A DNA stretch of 63,442 nt, counting the filler, from Dimorphilus gyrociliatus (Eukaryota > Animalia > Annelida), in the NCBI GenBank assembly GCA_904063045.1. It is 6 parts of 6 records of this genome, joined end to end, with 100 filler letters (N's around TTAATTAATTAA, not from the genome) between each part and the next. Parts side by side here need not be neighbours in the genome. Positions count along the whole stretch, not along the records: positions 54,697 to 60,418 come from CAJFCJ010000313.1; positions 60,519 to 63,442 come from CAJFCJ010000337.1; 4 more parts are not named here. One strand, given 5' to 3'. The notes under the pieces are model-generated. The model made no database searches. It worked only from the letters and a program-made list of their open reading frames with translations, and had not been told where the DNA came from. The translations under genes and the position numbers were made by a program. This document shows, in pieces, positions 60,216-63,442 of this stretch. How positions within the stretch are numbered: position 1 is the first letter of the stretch; every line of letters starts with the position of its first letter.

Positions 60216-60418
60216 AAAAATAAAATGACTAGAAAGTTCAGTATGTAAAATAAATTCATAAATTAAATCTAAAACTTTTGAAGAGATAAATTCAATTTTT
60301 AAAGAATCTTCATAGATTTTAGAAATTCTACAAATTTGTTTGAAATTTATATTATTATTGTTTTATCATTTGTATTATTGTTTTTATTACTATTATAAAT
60401 GTTTGTATTATCATTTGT

Positions 60419-60518
60419 NNNNNNNNNNNNNNNNNNNNNNNNNNNNNNNNNNNNNNNNNNNNTTAATTAATTAANNNNNNNNNNNNNNNNNNNNNNNNNN
60501 NNNNNNNNNNNNNNNNNN
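60419..60518. other. Artificial contig spacer 5
   Basis: 44N-TTAATTAATTAA-44N. Confidence 0.97.
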
Positions 60519-60749
60519 TCCATACTTTTGATAATAAAAAGATACTATAAATTAGCTTGTAGTTTGCATAATTACTCATTCAAGATTTAGAAAAGATGAC
60601 ATAATGATTGTTTAGGTTAATTAGATTGAAATCTTCCTAAAACATAAACCTGATAAAGTAAACGGCCCCCACTTTTGATTTCTCCAGCATCTCATCTTCC
60701 TTTTCGTCCATTGCTAATTCTTTCGCCATCTTCGGCTCAGAAAGTGAGA

Positions 60750-60885
60750 AGATGACAAGAAAATACTTGACGATGGTAAAAAGAGACTTAGCATCCACAA
60801 CTGAAGGAGAAAGAAAGCTACAGATTGGAGACAAAGTACTCATATCCGATAAAATGGAGGCAAGACAAAGATGAGTGAATGGGAA
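60750..60885 (+). mobile_element. BEL/Pao integrase C-terminal remnant
   Basis: EGERKLQIGDKVLISDK resembles KGERPYIGQKVLVTNDR of the 25614 ORF. Confidence 0.4.
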
Positions 60886-60970
60886 AAACGTCTTTAATTA
60901 AATTAAAGAAATAAAAAGGCCATTCATACTGACAAAGACAATAATTTCATTTTACTTGGGCAAACGAGGT

Positions 60971-61176
60971 TTTTGAATAAAGTAGGAAAAGAACTTTATT
61001 TTAATAGTTACCGTGAAACATATATCTTAACGATATATATTACGACGGTAAAGACAATTCAGCTACTGAACGTACACCAAGGGCCACCTGGCGGGATTCT
61101 TAGGACGTAACGTTTAAAAGATACATCGGCCCTCTGCCGGCTATTACGAACGTTATTTATCGTAACTTATTCAACA
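60971..61176 (-). mobile_element. 206-bp solo LTR of the BEL family seen in contig 2, with 5-bp TSD GAGGT
   Basis: gaggt at 60966-60970 and 61177-61181; terminal IR TGTTGAATAA...TTATTCAA(A)A; first 64 bp match 26789-26852 at 54/64 positions. Confidence 0.85.
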
Positions 61177-61289
61177 GAGGTGATATTAAAATTTCCATTT
61201 ACTTAGAGTCTACTTTCAGTTTCAGTTCCTGTTTGCCTTTTTAACAGGCTTAAAAACCTGTTTTTGTGCAATCTTTTTATATTTTTAAG

Positions 61290-61490
61290 AAAACTGCTCT
61301 ATAGCTGTAAATACTGTATATGATTTTCTAGAACAAAGCCTATTGGATTTCGCCTTGAGAAAAGTTTCAAAATATGAGCCTAACAGATTGAATACTGTGA
61401 TTAGTATAGCAACGTTGGTATCGTTGAACACAACACAGGAAGATTCTATTCAACGATTCCATGTTCACAACCTTGGATGTATTATATTGA
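61290..61490 (+). CDS. Probable exon of unknown family, homologous to 63227-63442
   Basis: Open frame FLEQSLLDFALRKVSKYEPNRLNTVISIATLVSLNTTQEDSIQRF between ag and gt sites. Confidence 0.45.
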
Positions 61491-61573
61491 ATACTTTAAT
61501 TTCTATTACTATTCAGTGAAAACCTTGCCTCATTGTTAAAAATGACCAAATGATATTTGACGTCAACAACCGG

Positions 61574-62400
61574 TTAATGTATAGACTTGTCCAAGATAAC
61601 CTTCTCTATCCTCGACAAGAGAGTCGTCCACATTTGATTTTTCCGACAATTGTGAAAGAAAGGCTTTGCTAAATACATGACAGCCTTTTCAAAACCTCCC
61701 ATACACAGGATGATTGCTTGGGTGACCATCTTAGTCTTTTTATTTGTTTCCCTTGGCAGTCCCTCTGCATCATTCTGCTTTTCTGTTTCTGCTCTTTGCG
61801 ACTCAGCAGTTATCTTTTGATTCATCTTCCTTACTCCTTTCCTTTAAGTTTTACTTATTCATTGTCATCACTTGTCAGCTCTTTCAATCTGTTAAATAAA
61901 CTGATTGAATGACTGATTCTCCAGTTGAGTGGTGACCCTCACACCTTTGACTTTCGTTGTCTGTTACTTGTTCTTCAGCCATTTTTCTCATCAGGTGGCG
62001 CCCAGTGATCTCCGAGCGTTAACTTCCTCCCATAAATTCTTTCCATCTCATTGTTGCTATTTATTGAGCTGATGAAGCTGTTCCGATAACTCAGGCAACC
62101 TCTTTTCTTAGCAAGTTCTCATCCTAACTGATTTTTCAACTCTTGGCTGGCGACCTTTCCGAATTTTTCTCAAAAGTTTGGTAATTTTGACTCTTTCGCT
62201 AACCAGCTACAATTTTCAAGTAAACTCATCCTGCCATTTTGCCAACAATTTCTGACATGTATATCATCTCAAAATTTACTTGATCAACGCTAAATCTTGC
62301 TACAGACATGGTTCGTTTGATATGGCTTATGCTCTTATTTGTCTTCATTAGTTTCTCAATTACGGAATTACGGCCAATTTTATTGCATCCAATTCTTGTT
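61574..62400 (-). mobile_element. Decayed purine-rich ORF, possibly retroelement gag
   Basis: Coding-like frames with many stops; no diagnostic motif. Confidence 0.2.
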
Positions 62401-63226
62401 CCATTGTTAGGTGAAAGGGAGAAGAGCTAAAATATATATTTCTATTGAATTTTATACATATCCTGTTCTACTTACATATTTAACACACATTGAGGAATAT
62501 GGATTAATAAACCAGTCTATGCACCTATTTATATCTGAAGCGGTTTGGCATTTTCCGATTACGAAATATAGAAGAATGTATTGGCAGTTACTGTTTCATT
62601 CCATTCGGTGAGTATGTCCCTTTATGTTAGACTTTAGCTTTGGTGCTTTTCCACGATATTGAAGAGAGTTCATGGTAAATTTTCAATTCTTAATCATCCG
62701 GATAATTCTCTTGTTTTTAATTCTTAACTATTAATGAATAGTGTGCAAATAATCGCAATAATCTAAAGTTAATTAAGACAATTTCGCAAGAAGGATAGTA
62801 AAGTTATGATTGCTGTTCAACATGCGAAATTAGCCTATATTACTGGCATTAGATGAGTCATAGGTCAACGCGATAGGTCACATGATCACAACAAACAGTA
62901 TAATGTCACTGCTGGACAGTTAAACAAGTCTTTCTTTTTTATTGAAATGCAATGTAAAACCATCTTTAATCTCGATTTTCAAACAGCAACCAAAGGTATG
63001 CTACTGAAAAACCTCGTTCAATATATACGACATCCGCTATGAACTTGACATCATCTATAAAAGTGAATCAAGTCTCTTTCGCTTATGAAGAAACAAGTAA
63101 TTTTTGTTTTTTTTTGTTCTAAATAGAAATTCGAGAAAAGATAAGGTTTTACTCCAAATTGGCAGCAATTTAACAGAATTCCTAACCAAAATACCATATT
63201 ATACTAATTCATAAATATCTCTTTAG

Positions 63227-63442
63227 CTTTTCAAATCTATATATTCATCTTGTCAATTTTTCAGAAGAAAGCCCAAAGGATTTCCTCTTCAGAGAAGTAT
63301 TGAAATATGGACCTGACGTATTGAATACTCCAACCTGTATAGCAAAGTTGCAATTCTTGAAAACGACACGCAAAGACTTTATTCAAAAATATTATCAAGA
63401 TGTTGAAACATCCAACAATGAATATAAATCACAAACTAGAAA
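63227..63442 (+). CDS. Probable exon of unknown family, open to the window end
   Basis: FSEESPKDFLFREVLKYGPDVLNTPTCIAKLQFLKTTRKDFIQKY after a ctttag acceptor. Confidence 0.45.

Noticed and set aside
11324-60518. Biological linkage between genes on opposite sides of the N spacers
   Set aside because: The spacers are identical synthetic linkers, so adjacency across them carries no information.

Overview
This window is not one locus. Six unrelated contigs are joined by an artificial 100-bp spacer (44 N + TTAATTAATTAA + 44 N) at 11324-11423, 26854-26953, 43422-43521, 54597-54696 and 60419-60518. Contigs 1, 2, 4 and 6 come from one AT-rich animal with short (54-116 nt) GT-AG introns. They share an RNI-like LRR family, Phantom-type (PHD/FLYWCH/MULE) transposon remnants, a BEL/Pao LTR and a dispersed repeat. 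The gene content reminds me of the compact annelid Dimorphilus (inference, not searched). Contigs 3 and 5 look microsporidian: intronless genes with a CCC motif just before the ATG, Merlin and Tc1 elements, and LRR and secreted families. The strongest signal is in contig 4, where an intact, intronless, bacterial-type GT4 glycosyltransferase gene keeps a Shine-Dalgarno-like site and is joined within about 15-60 bp on both sides to decayed host Phantom-transposon sequence. It lies inside a 6,686-bp tandemly repeated unit, so it is a candidate transposon-associated bacteria-to-animal gene transfer. The second strongest is in contig 2: two spliced caspase-fold genes, both lacking the catalytic His/Cys, sit head-to-head about 112 bp apart, next to a pseudogenised RING + Q-rich coiled-coil + NACHT + LRR gene. 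The ORF track misses this cluster. Also notable is a microsporidian secreted protein family with a degenerate SAM-methyltransferase signature. Many frameshifts fall in homopolymers, so some apparent pseudogenes may be consensus errors. I found no tRNA, rRNA or CRISPR array. All family assignments are motif recognition by eye; no database search was run.
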